64,000 nucleotides of DNA from an uncultured Candidatus Saccharibacteria bacterium (GTDB lineage: Bacteria > Patescibacteriota > Saccharimonadia > Saccharimonadales > UBA10212): assembly GCA_964448095.1 (NCBI GenBank), contig CAYUUT010000002.1:27959-91958 (forward strand). Reading direction: 5' to 3'. How positions within the stretch are numbered: position 1 is the stretch's first letter; every line of letters starts with the position of its first letter. A model generated the notes under the pieces. The model worked only from the letters and a program-made list of their open reading frames with translations, ran no database searches and had not been told where the DNA came from. Made by a program: the position numbers and the translations under genes. Of the stretch, positions 33,473 to 42,685 are shown one piece after another.

Positions 33473-35788
33473 ATGGCGAAGAATCTTGTAATTGTTGAAA
33501 GTCCGGCTAAGGCCAAGACCCTCACCGGCTTTTTAGGTAGCGACTACCAGGTAAAAAGCAGTTACGGCCACATCCGTGATTTGCCGGAGCGCAAACTCGG
33601 CGTCGATGTTAAAAAGCATTTTGAGCCTACTTACCAGGTTAGCCCCGATAAAGAGCAGGTGGTCAAGGAGCTAAAGACCGCCGCTAAAGGCAAGCACGTC
33701 TGGCTGGCCAGCGACTCCGACCGCGAAGGCGAAGCCATCGCCTGGCATGTGGCCCACGTGTTGGAGCTCGACCCCAAAAAGACTAAGCGAATTGTCTTTC
33801 ATGAAATTACCAAAAGCGCTGTGACAGAGGCCATCGCCCATCCGAGGACTATCGATATGAAACTCGTGGACGCCCAGCAGGCCCGGCGCATATTGGACCG
33901 CTTGGTGGGTTATGAACTAAGTCCGGTGCTCTGGAAAAAGGTGCGCCGCGGCCTGAGCGCCGGAAGAGTACAGAGCGTGGCTGTGCGTTTGATTGTTGAG
34001 CGCGAGCGCGAGATTAAAGATTTTAAGCCGGAAAGCTCGTTTAAGGTTAGCGCGATATTTGAAGCCGGCAAACACCAGCTGGCGGCGGAGCTGAGTGAAA
34101 AAATCGCTAATCTGACAAGCTCCAAGAAGTTCTTAGAGCACGCCGCTAAGGCCGATTTCAGCGTCGTCAACATCGAACAAAAGCCTGGTAAACGCAATCC
34201 TGGAGCGCCATTCACCACCAGCACCCTGCAACAAGAGGCTGCCCGGCGGCTAGGCTACAGCGTTCGTCAGACCATGACCATCGCCCAAAAGCTTTATGAA
34301 CACGGCCACATCACCTATATGCGTACCGATAGCACTATTTTGTCCGGCTTGGCTATAAATGCCGCTAAGGAGTACATAACCAAGGAATATGGCGCCAAAT
34401 ACAGCCAGGTTCGCCAATACCAGACCAAAAGCCGTAACGCCCAGGAAGCCCACGAAGCCATTCGGCCAACCCAGATTGGCCGGCTAGAGTCCGGCGCTGA
34501 CAGCGGCCAAAAGAAACTTTATGAGCTGATTTGGCGGCGTACTGTAGCTAGTCAGATGGCCGCCGCTGACATCGAAAAAACAGAGGTCAAGATTGATATT
34601 AGCGGCCGCCAGGAGCAATTTTTAGCTACCGGCGAGGTCCTTATCTTTGACGGCTTTTTAAAAGTTTACGGTGGCGGCAAGGACGACATGATTCTGCCAC
34701 CGCTCGAAAGTGGCCAGAAACTACGGCTGAAATCGGCCGGCGCCTTGGAAACTTACAGTCGGCCGCCGGCTCGCTACGGTGAAGCGTCATTAGTCAAAAA
34801 ACTCGAAGAACTGGGCATTGGCCGCCCCAGCACTTACGCGCCGACTATCGGTACCATCCAAGATAGAGGTTATATCGAGAAAAAGGATTTGGAAGGCGAA
34901 GCCCGTCAGCTCCGAGAAATCACCCTAAATGGTTCTAAAATAACTGAGCAGACCCAAGAGGTTACCGTTGGTGCCGACCGCGCCAAACTGGTGCCCACGC
35001 CTCTGGCCGATATCGTCACCGATTTCCTGGTTAAATACTTCGGTGAAATCCTCAATTATGACTTCACCGCCAAGGCCGAGAACGAACTGGACGACATTGC
35101 CGACGGTAAATTAGCCTGGCAGAAAATGCTCGAGGATTTTTATAAAGGCTTCCACCCCTTAGTAGAGAAGGGGGAGGAAGCCGACCGCGCCGAGGCCGCC
35201 CAGACCCGCCACTTGGGCAAAGACCCTAAAACCGGCAAGCCGGTATACGCCCGCTATGGCCGCTATGGGCCGGTACTGCAGCTAGGTGAGGCCGACCCGG
35301 CGGATAAGGATAATAAAGACATCCCTAAGCCTAAATTCGCGCCGATGCCCGAAGGCGCCGAGCTAGAGACCGTAACCTTGGAGCAAGCACTACCCATGTT
35401 CGCCCTGCCGCGTGAGGTCGGTAAGACCAATGAGGGCCTGGTGATTACCGCTGACATCGGCCGTTTTGGCCCCTATGTAAAGGTAGAGAAGGAATTCTTC
35501 AGTATCAAAGATCACGACCCGTTCACAATCACTGAAGACGAGGCCCTACAGGTTATCAAAGATAAGCAAGTGGCCGCCGCCAAAAGGGTAGTCGCTGACT
35601 GGGGTAAAATCAAAATTTTGCGCGGCCCATACGGACCCTATGTAACCGATGGCACGAAGAATGCCCGAATATCCAAAGAGCAGGATCCAGAGAAGTTAAA
35701 CGAAAGCGCCGCTAAAGAGCTATTAGCCAAGGCGCCAGCCAGCAAACGCGGTAATTTCCGGCGGCGCCGCGGCGCAAAAAAGTCCTAA
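33473..35788 (+). CDS. topA: DNA topoisomerase I
   Basis: LVIVESPAKAKTL, SDSDREGEAI, active-site ITYMRTDS. The basic C-terminus lacks obvious Zn-ribbon cysteines. The ORF track begins at TTG 33464. Confidence 0.9.
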   Translation: MAKNLVIVESPAKAKTLTGFLGSDYQVKSSYGHIRDLPERKLGVDVKKHFEPTYQVSPDKEQVVKELKTAAKGKHVWLASDSDREGEAIAWHVAHVLELDPKKTKRIVFHEITKSAVTEAIAHPRTIDMKLVDAQQARRILDRLVGYELSPVLWKKVRRGLSAGRVQSVAVRLIVEREREIKDFKPESSFKVSAIFEAGKHQLAAELSEKIANLTSSKKFLEHAAKADFSVVNIEQKPGKRNPGAPFTTSTLQQEAARRLGYSVRQTMTIAQKLYEHGHITYMRTDSTILSGLAINAAKEYITKEYGAKYSQVRQYQTKSRNAQEAHEAIRPTQIGRLESGADSGQKKLYELIWRRTVASQMAAADIEKTEVKIDISGRQEQFLATGEVLIFDGFLKVYGGGKDDMILPPLESGQKLRLKSAGALETYSRPPARYGEASLVKKLEELGIGRPSTYAPTIGTIQDRGYIEKKDLEGEARQLREITLNGSKITEQTQEVTVGADRAKLVPTPLADIVTDFLVKYFGEILNYDFTAKAENELDDIADGKLAWQKMLEDFYKGFHPLVEKGEEADRAEAAQTRHLGKDPKTGKPVYARYGRYGPVLQLGEADPADKDNKDIPKPKFAPMPEGAELETVTLEQALPMFALPREVGKTNEGLVITADIGRFGPYVKVEKEFFSIKDHDPFTITEDEALQVIKDKQVAAAKRVVADWGKIKILRGPYGPYVTDGTKNARISKEQDPEKLNESAAKELLAKAPASKRGNFRRRRGAKKS

Positions 35789-35908
35789 ACCAGGCTATTT
35801 ATCCACAATCTTCCCAGATTGACAAAAAGTTTTCTATAAAAATATACATAAACAGATTGTGCCGCGAAGTCGAATTAGTGATACAATATAGTTGATAGCG
35901 AAATATTC

Positions 35909-35937
35909 TTGACTTTTAAAAACTAAAGTTTTATAAT
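35909..35937 (+). promoter_or_regulatory. near-consensus sigma-70 promoter
   Basis: TTGACT (35909-35914), 17-nt spacer, TATAAT (35932-35937). Confidence 0.6.
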
Positions 35938-35987
35938 TGTTATAACCTAAGGCGGAATAACTGCCAATAACAGGGAAGAAAGTTACA

Positions 35988-37031
35988 ATGGACGACAGTA
36001 AGACTAGCAAAAAATTTGACCTTGCCATTGCCGTACAAGACATTTTAAATACGATTGAGCGCGAGCGCGAACGGGAGATAATCGCCCGGCGTTTTGGCCT
36101 GTTTGACCGCCGGGAAACTCTGGAACAAATCGGTGAACTTTTAGGTATTACCCGCGAGCGCGTCCGCCAGCTGGAAAAAGCCGTGCTGACCCGCCTAAAA
36201 AGCACCGCCGAAAAAGATTTGGTACACATCAGTGAAGTCGAGAAAATCCTGGGCGAAGAGCTCGCCGGCATGGGTAAAGTAGCTCGCATCAGCGAAGTTA
36301 CTGCCAAAATCGTTCCGGCTAACGCCAAGGTTGACCAGTCCCGTGTGGCTTTTATTGCCCAACTGGCGCCCAGCGTAGCGGTTATCGACGATAACGACCA
36401 CTTTTATCACGCCATTGGTTTGGCCGCTGACCACACCGAAAAAGCCATCCGCGACCAGGTCAACGCCATTATTGAAGCCATCCAACAGATTGGCAAACCC
36501 ACCGATATCACCACCGTAGCTAAGCAAATTGGCGACGAAGACAAACAACACGTCGAGGCTCTCGCCGGCATCTCCAAGAACCTGGCTACCCTGAACGACC
36601 GCTGGGGCTTAATTAAGTGGCCGATGGTCAACCCCAAGAACATCCGCGACAAAATCTACGTTATCCTGCACGACCACGGCAAGCCGATGCACTTCAGTGA
36701 AATCGCCAAGGCTATCAAAGACAGCGATTTCCGCCGCAAAGACGTCACCACCCAGGCTATTCATAACGAGTTAATCAAAGATAAGCGTTTCGTGCTGATT
36801 GGCCGCGGTATTTATGCTCTCAAAGAGTGGGGCTACAAAAAGGGCACTGTGGCCGATGTTATTGCCGAAGTTCTACGCAAAGAAGGCGGCCCGTTGCACC
36901 GCGACGAAATCGTCCGCCGGGTTCTTAAAAGCCGCCACGTCAAAGAAACCACTATCTTGCTGAATTTGCAGGGAAAACCCCAGTTCAAGCGCGTCGCTAA
37001 GGCGACATACACCTTGGCCGAGCCTAAATAA
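35988..37031 (+). CDS. sigma-70 region-4 HTH protein with two HARE-HTH/delta-like winged-helix repeats
   Basis: EIIARRFGLFDRRETLEQIGELLGITRERVRQLEKAVLTRLK. It also has IYVILHDHGKPMHFSEIAKAI and VIAEVLRKEGGPLHRDEIVRRVL. Confidence 0.6.
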   Translation: MDDSKTSKKFDLAIAVQDILNTIEREREREIIARRFGLFDRRETLEQIGELLGITRERVRQLEKAVLTRLKSTAEKDLVHISEVEKILGEELAGMGKVARISEVTAKIVPANAKVDQSRVAFIAQLAPSVAVIDDNDHFYHAIGLAADHTEKAIRDQVNAIIEAIQQIGKPTDITTVAKQIGDEDKQHVEALAGISKNLATLNDRWGLIKWPMVNPKNIRDKIYVILHDHGKPMHFSEIAKAIKDSDFRRKDVTTQAIHNELIKDKRFVLIGRGIYALKEWGYKKGTVADVIAEVLRKEGGPLHRDEIVRRVLKSRHVKETTILLNLQGKPQFKRVAKATYTLAEPK

Positions 37032-37052
37032 AAACAACCTCTTTGGAGTATA

Positions 37053-39734
37053 ATGAAGGGAGGGAAACCTCTTATGGCGTTATTTGGTAAGGCACAAAAA
37101 ATTAGGGCAGCGCACGAGCATTGCTTATTGATGCTGGAAATCCCGCGCACCAACGACAAAGCGGCGTTATCAGCCGAACAGATGTTGGCGGCACTGCACG
37201 GTATTTTACGCACCAGGCGCGAGCTTAGGACCTCCGGCACCCTGCAGGAGCACATCAGCCTGGAGATTGTGGCTATCGGCCAGCGCATCCGCTTCTTTAT
37301 TTGGACGCCTAAACACCTGCAATCCTTCGTAGAAGGGCAGGTCTATGCCCAGTATCCAACGGTGCAAATTTATGAACAAGACGAAGATTACGCTGACCGT
37401 CAATTACACCATACGGTGGTCCACAGCACTGAGCTGACGCTCACTACCGACGAGACTTTGCCGATAAAAACCTTTCCTAACTTCGAGGTCGACCCCTTGG
37501 CGGCCGTCACTGCGGCGCTGGCCAAACTGGACAAAGAAGACGAGGAAATGTGGATTCAGATTATGAGTCGGCCAATTTCCGATGATTGGCACCGGCGCGG
37601 TGCCCGGATGGTCAGTAGGATTCAGCGCGGCAAAGGAACCTTCGGCGGAGCAGGGGGCAGTACTGTCAGTTACGTCGGCCAGGTTTTTGGCGCCTTGGCC
37701 AAGCCGCCGGAGGGCGGGGTAGGCACCCAGACTAAGGCCCCGGAACTTTCCGAACGCGACAAATCGCGGATTGCGGCTATTCAGGAAAAATCTAATAAGC
37801 TGGGCTACCAGGTCAAAATCCGTTTGCTCTACGCCGGCCACGACCAAACTACGGCCCGCCTGCGGATGCAGGCATTGGTTGGCGCTTTCAAACAGTTCAA
37901 TACTACAAATCTGAATGGTTTTGAGGCCAAAAGCCCGAGCTTCAACCGCGACCGGCAAATCGAATATCAGGCCCGTTTCTTCATCGACCACAGCTACATC
38001 CTTAATATTGAGGAGCTGGCCAGTATCTTCCACCTGCCACATACTTCGGTAGAGACGCCAAATATTCTGTGGGCAACCACCAAAACCGCTGAACCGCCGC
38101 CCAACATTCCCATCCAAGAAGCCGGTAAAGAGACCGAGATGAGCCTGTTCGGCGTTACCAACTTCCGCGGCGACAACACCATTTTTGGCCTCAACCGCGC
38201 TGACCGCGGCCGCCATGCTTATATCCTGGGTCAAACCGGCACCGGTAAATCCGGCGCCTTGGAGCTGTTAACTCTGTCTGACATTTATTACGACCAGGGC
38301 TTCGCGGTGATTGACCCGCACGGCGACTACGCGCAACATGTGTTGAGTTTTATTCCCAAGCGCCGGCTGGACGACGTGGTTTATTTTAACCCGGCCGATA
38401 CCGCCTATCCCATCGGCTTTAATCCGCTGGAGATTTCCGACCCCTCGCTAAAAGGCCACATCAGCTCGGAGTTGGTAGGTGTTCTAAAGAGGTTATTCAT
38501 CGATAGCTGGGGCCCGCGGCTGGAATATATCCTGCGCTATACGCTGCTGGCGCTGTTGGATTACCCCGATTCCACAATGCTGGGAATTACCCGCATGCTA
38601 ACAGAGAAGGACTATCGCCAAAAGGTGATTGCTTACATTGACGACCCGGTGGTTAAAAACTTCTGGGTCCATGAGTTTGCCAGTTGGAATGATAAGTTTG
38701 CCAGCGAGGCTGTGGCGCCAGTACTAAACAAAGTCGGGGCCTTTACCGCCAACCCGATGGTCAGGAATATTATCGGCCAGCCCAAGAGCACCTTCAACAT
38801 TCGTGAGATTATGGACCAAGGCAAGATCCTGGTGGTCAATCTTAGCCGCGGCTTGATGGGCGAAGACAACGCTGGCATTTTGGGCGCCATGATGGTCACC
38901 AAAATCCAGCTGGCGGCTATGGGCCGGGCCGATTTGCCCATGGAGCAGCGCCGGCCGTTTTATCTCTACGTCGACGAGTTCCAGAACTTCGCCACCGACA
39001 GCTTTGCGACTATTCTCAGCGAGGCTCGCAAATATAACCTCAACCTGACTGTCGCCAACCAGTATATTTCCCAGATGGAAGAACCGGTGCGTAACGCCGT
39101 GTTTGGTAACGTTGGCACAATCTTGTGCTTCCGGATTAGTCCCGACGATTCGCCGTTCTTGGAAAAATACTTCACGCCGCAGTTTGAATCTACCGACCTT
39201 ATTCAGCAGCACAGCCGCTTCTTTGTAATTACCATGATGATAAACGACGAAAAGGCCCCGGCGTTCTCGGCCAAGACCCTGAACCTGCCGCAACCTGCCG
39301 AAGATCACACGGCTGAAATAGTTGAGCTTTCGCGCCAACGCTATGCCAAAGAACGCTCGGTAGTCTCCGAAGATGTCCGCTTAGCCGCCGGACTCGACGC
39401 CGCTAACCCTACTAAGTTTGCTTCAGACCCGCAACCCAATTTACGCACCAAGGCACAAGTCCAGCTAAATACTGCTGAGGCGCTCCAGTCTGCCCACTCA
39501 ACTCAAGCCGATAGTCATAAAGTTGGTAGAGTCGCCGCCAGCCTATTTAGGGGCGTAGCTAGCTCTCCTGAGCCCCCTAGCCAGTCAAATCAGCAGTCTG
39601 GCCCGGAAAAGCCCAAGCGTAAGCGCACCCGCCGCGGTAAGCGTAAGGGCGGTGGTAATGCGGCAGAGCAGGCTAAGAAGCCATCAGAGACCGTAACGGC
39701 TACTGAAAACGAACAAGTCATAAGGTTGCGTTAA
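37053..39734 (+). CDS. VirD4/TraD/HerA-like P-loop ATPase with a large soluble N-terminal domain
   Basis: Walker A is ILGQTGTGKSG, followed by VIDPHGDY. Walker B is FYLYVDEFQNF, followed by EARKYNLNLTVANQ. The probable true start is ATG 37074, with SD GGGAGGG 9 nt upstream. Confidence 0.7.
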   Translation: MKGGKPLMALFGKAQKIRAAHEHCLLMLEIPRTNDKAALSAEQMLAALHGILRTRRELRTSGTLQEHISLEIVAIGQRIRFFIWTPKHLQSFVEGQVYAQYPTVQIYEQDEDYADRQLHHTVVHSTELTLTTDETLPIKTFPNFEVDPLAAVTAALAKLDKEDEEMWIQIMSRPISDDWHRRGARMVSRIQRGKGTFGGAGGSTVSYVGQVFGALAKPPEGGVGTQTKAPELSERDKSRIAAIQEKSNKLGYQVKIRLLYAGHDQTTARLRMQALVGAFKQFNTTNLNGFEAKSPSFNRDRQIEYQARFFIDHSYILNIEELASIFHLPHTSVETPNILWATTKTAEPPPNIPIQEAGKETEMSLFGVTNFRGDNTIFGLNRADRGRHAYILGQTGTGKSGALELLTLSDIYYDQGFAVIDPHGDYAQHVLSFIPKRRLDDVVYFNPADTAYPIGFNPLEISDPSLKGHISSELVGVLKRLFIDSWGPRLEYILRYTLLALLDYPDSTMLGITRMLTEKDYRQKVIAYIDDPVVKNFWVHEFASWNDKFASEAVAPVLNKVGAFTANPMVRNIIGQPKSTFNIREIMDQGKILVVNLSRGLMGEDNAGILGAMMVTKIQLAAMGRADLPMEQRRPFYLYVDEFQNFATDSFATILSEARKYNLNLTVANQYISQMEEPVRNAVFGNVGTILCFRISPDDSPFLEKYFTPQFESTDLIQQHSRFFVITMMINDEKAPAFSAKTLNLPQPAEDHTAEIVELSRQRYAKERSVVSEDVRLAAGLDAANPTKFASDPQPNLRTKAQVQLNTAEALQSAHSTQADSHKVGRVAASLFRGVASSPEPPSQSNQQSGPEKPKRKRTRRGKRKGGGNAAEQAKKPSETVTATENEQVIRLR

Positions 39735-39739
39735 GAGCT

Positions 39740-39783
39740 AGTCTGCAGGCCATTGGCCTGCAGACTAAGCTATTTCTTTTTTT
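39740..39783 (+). terminator. strong intrinsic terminator
   Basis: A 12-bp stem AGTCTGCAGGCC-att-GGCCTGCAGACT is followed by a T-rich tract. Confidence 0.8.
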
Positions 39784-39966
39784 AATATCTACCGAACATT
39801 TTACGAACATGATATAGGCATTAAGGCTCGGGTAGTTGCATAGCCAAATATGGTGCTTGGGCAGCCGGGTAGTAAAGACGATAAAATAATTACTAAAAAT
39901 TAAATGGCCGGGCGAAAAATCCGTCGGACAAAAGGCAGGGCAATACCATTTCCAGCCATAGACCAT

Positions 39967-39994
39967 ACGTCGCACAATGTATATTTTGCGACTC
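39967..39994. other. dif-like Xer recombination site at the point of gene-orientation convergence
   Basis: ACGTCGCACAA-TGTATA-TTTTGCGACTC. By hand alignment, 17 of 28 positions are identical to E. coli dif (GGTGCGCATAATGTATATTATGTTAAAT), including the uninterrupted core AATGTATATT. The two arms are near-inverted copies of each other. Confidence 0.6.
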
Positions 39995-40364
39995 TACATA
40001 TTAGTCTCAGGTTGATATGCCAATACCCCCCTAACAGGGTAGTTTCGGCTTAATTGCTTAAAACCAACGCCAAGCTCTACAACTCGCAATATTTATCTTT
40101 AATTAATTATCTATGTCCTAGCCCAGCTGCCGCTACGTCGCAAAAAGCGCGTGAAAAGTCGTAGAGTTTTCCACAGCCTTTCACAGCGATTTGACTTTAG
40201 CCTATTTCATATTTTTGTATATATTTCCCCTGCCTTTCCGCTTTGAACAAAATATTTGACTTTTGGTGTTTTGATATAGAAGTATGTTTTTCCCTGCCCA
40301 ATTATTTAATTAACAATTGTGAACAAAATGCGAACTGAGCAGAGGAGAGAGGGTGCGATGGTCT

Positions 40365-41075
40365 TTAGCTTGGTAACACAAACGTCGATACTAGGTTATC
40401 ATCTTTGAGTTTCTCGTGATATTCAGCCAACGCTTCCAGCTCCTTATTCCCTATCCGCCTATGCTCAAAAAGGAATCTAGCTGCGGCCGTAAGACCGGTT
40501 ACGGAGTTAGCCTTAAAACCATAGTTTTCCAATGACTCCATGCCACCTTCTTCACGATCGAACTTAATGGTAACTGCAACCGGTCTTAAGCCAACATCCG
40601 TAAGTACCCGTGCACCCTCGACTTTCGACTTACCGTCAGTTACAACATCATCCCCTAGACACACGGTTTCACCAGCTTCATAGTCTCCTTCGATCTTCTG
40701 GTGCGATCCATACTCTTTATCTGGCTCATCGACCCGTTCCCAAAGATATGATAGGCCAGCTTCGTAGGCGCCTATAGCCGCGGGTGCTGTAGCAGCCTGA
40801 GCCTTACCAAATACATGGTCAATTGTTATGCCTAAATCCAAAAAACTGGCGGCGTATCCCGATGCTAAGGCCCGACGAAAATCTCGCTGTTGCCCAATAG
40901 ACATTTGGCCACTTCGATCCAATTTGCTGCTGAAAGATAGGCTTGGCCGATCATTGTAGTAATAGGGCGAGTGTCGACCGGATTTAAGGGTCATGCCGCC
41001 TTCTGGAAAGCCAAGAAGACCCCTATCGAACATACCGATTACAATTTGTTCTTCGATCCTTTCAGGTGAAGCCAT
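40365..41075 (-). CDS. pyrE: orotate phosphoribosyltransferase
   Basis: MTLKSGRHSPYYYN and the PRPP motif VCLGDDVVTDGKSK. Confidence 0.75.
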   Translation of the reverse strand: MASPERIEEQIVIGMFDRGLLGFPEGGMTLKSGRHSPYYYNDRPSLSFSSKLDRSGQMSIGQQRDFRRALASGYAASFLDLGITIDHVFGKAQAATAPAAIGAYEAGLSYLWERVDEPDKEYGSHQKIEGDYEAGETVCLGDDVVTDGKSKVEGARVLTDVGLRPVAVTIKFDREEGGMESLENYGFKANSVTGLTAAARFLFEHRRIGNKELEALAEYHEKLKDDNLVSTFVLPS

Positions 41076-41824
41076 TAGGCTGCCCTCTGTTGTAAGCCCT
41101 GTTTGATTTCCTGGACTACTGCCGCATAAGCGGCGGCCGGGTCTTCGGCACCGGTAACCTGACTGCCAATTACCAGAATATCGGCTCCGCCCTCGATGGC
41201 CTGCTGCGGCGTTATGCTACGCTTTTGGTCCTGCGTGTCCGCACCTTTTGACCTTGTCCCTGGAATCATTGCGAACAAGCCGCCCCTGTCTTGGGCGAGG
41301 TCTTTGGCCATCTTAACTTCTAAGCCAGAACAGACAAGTCCGCCAATTCCGGCGTCAGTAGCACGCCGCACTTCTCGCCGGACGACAGTTTTAGGTAAAA
41401 TATGCTCAAATCTTTTTGTTTCCTCTTCTCCTATGGAAGTTAGTAGCGTGACACCCATGACCATAATTCCGGCTTCCGCGGCTATTCTTTGAGCCTCTTT
41501 CATAGAATCAACCCCGGCTCTGGTCCCCATGGTTATGGCCACCGGTGGGTGATCAAGCTCCGCTAAGTTATTTACGATTCCCGCCGTAGTCCTTGGGATG
41601 TCGTAAATCTTAGCATCAGCCACCCAATCCAGATCATTTTCGGCGGCTAAATCCGAACAATATTTCCAGCTGGTGGCGGATTGGAGCTCGAGACCTTCTT
41701 TGACGACCCATGCCCCGGCATTTTTAGCGAGACCCACTAGGGACTCGGCTGTTGATTCTTTGGATGTGTCAATGGCGCACACTATCCTCTCGGCGGCTGA
41801 TAGATTCGGTTGAAGTCCTGGCAT
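41075..41824 (-). CDS. pyrF: orotidine-5'-phosphate decarboxylase
   Basis: IVCAIDT and DAKIYDIPRT (D-x-K-x-x-D). It shares 1 nt with the pyrE start. Confidence 0.75.
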   Translation of the reverse strand: MPGLQPNLSAAERIVCAIDTSKESTAESLVGLAKNAGAWVVKEGLELQSATSWKYCSDLAAENDLDWVADAKIYDIPRTTAGIVNNLAELDHPPVAITMGTRAGVDSMKEAQRIAAEAGIMVMGVTLLTSIGEEETKRFEHILPKTVVRREVRRATDAGIGGLVCSGLEVKMAKDLAQDRGGLFAMIPGTRSKGADTQDQKRSITPQQAIEGGADILVIGSQVTGAEDPAAAYAAVVQEIKQGLQQRAA

Positions 41825-41941
41825 CTTCCCTCTTTCCCCACCAAGTTAGTTTAAGCTAAGTATACTACGCCACTTTTTGATTACTTTGTATATTTTTTAC
41901 AACAGTGTACCCTGCCCGATTTTAACTTGAGTGTCCTGAGC

Positions 41942-42685
41942 CTAGTTAGCGTCACGCCGCAAAAATAGAACCCAGGCCACCGCCCAGCCAACGACCAAAT
42001 AACCGCAAAATACTAGGGCTGCCCGGCCTGGCGCTAAGCTCCCGCCGCCCAGCGCGCCATCTCCAACCAACTGGCTAAGTGAGGTAAACGGCAAGTAAAC
42101 GGCGTTTTTGTTTAGCAGCTGGCTCAGCAGTGGCTCGATAGCCGCGGGAATCGCAAACAGGGCTACAATCGCCCCAACCTGCACGCGTATAAGCGTAGCC
42201 AGCAGCAGCCCGAGCATGGCGTAGGCCCAGCCATAGAACAAGCTGCGCCAAATAACATCTTTGTAATAAATCGTTTGCGATACCAGGACATGTCCGTGGG
42301 CATGCACTCCCAGATAAGTGGCTACCGGAGACAGCACACCGATGATAATGGTCAGAAAGATGGCGTAGCAACTAATAACTAGGATTTTGGACGCCAAGAC
42401 TTTACTTCGACTATTGCTGCTGGTGAGGCTGTACATAATGGTGTTATAGCGGTATTCGTGAGTCATAAACAGAATCGCTATGACAGCACCGAATAACATC
42501 AACCCCAGAGCGCCATAGGTGTCACTGGCCAGCTGACCGGATTCGTGAAGCTCGAACGGCTTTAGGCGCCAGCCTTCGACGTAAAAAGCAATAAAGGCCA
42601 CGAATAGGATAACCAGAGTTGTAATAATATAGGTCGAGCGGATAGTCAGAAGCTTACGGAACTCGGATTTAATCGTCTGCATCAT
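41942..42685 (-). CDS. ABC-2 type transporter permease
   Basis: Six hydrophobic segments. 4-nt overlap with the upstream ATPase gene. Confidence 0.7.
   Translation of the reverse strand: MMQTIKSEFRKLLTIRSTYIITTLVILFVAFIAFYVEGWRLKPFELHESGQLASDTYGALGLMLFGAVIAILFMTHEYRYNTIMYSLTSSNSRSKVLASKILVISCYAIFLTIIIGVLSPVATYLGVHAHGHVLVSQTIYYKDVIWRSLFYGWAYAMLGLLLATLIRVQVGAIVALFAIPAAIEPLLSQLLNKNAVYLPFTSLSQLVGDGALGGGSLAPGRAALVFCGYLVVGWAVAWVLFLRRDAN

Noticed and set aside
39718-39975. The 85-aa minus-strand ORF in the terminus gap.
   Set aside because: It has no SD and an odd Cys/Trp/Phe-rich composition. It overlaps the strong terminator hairpin and runs into the dif-like site. I consider it spurious.
39931-40237. 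A 10-bp inverted repeat (AAAGGCAGGG ... CCCTGCCTTT) bracketing the dif-like site, as ends of a mobile element.
   Set aside because: A single 10-bp match within 600 bp is not far from chance by rough estimate. There is no target-site duplication and no coding capacity between the arms.
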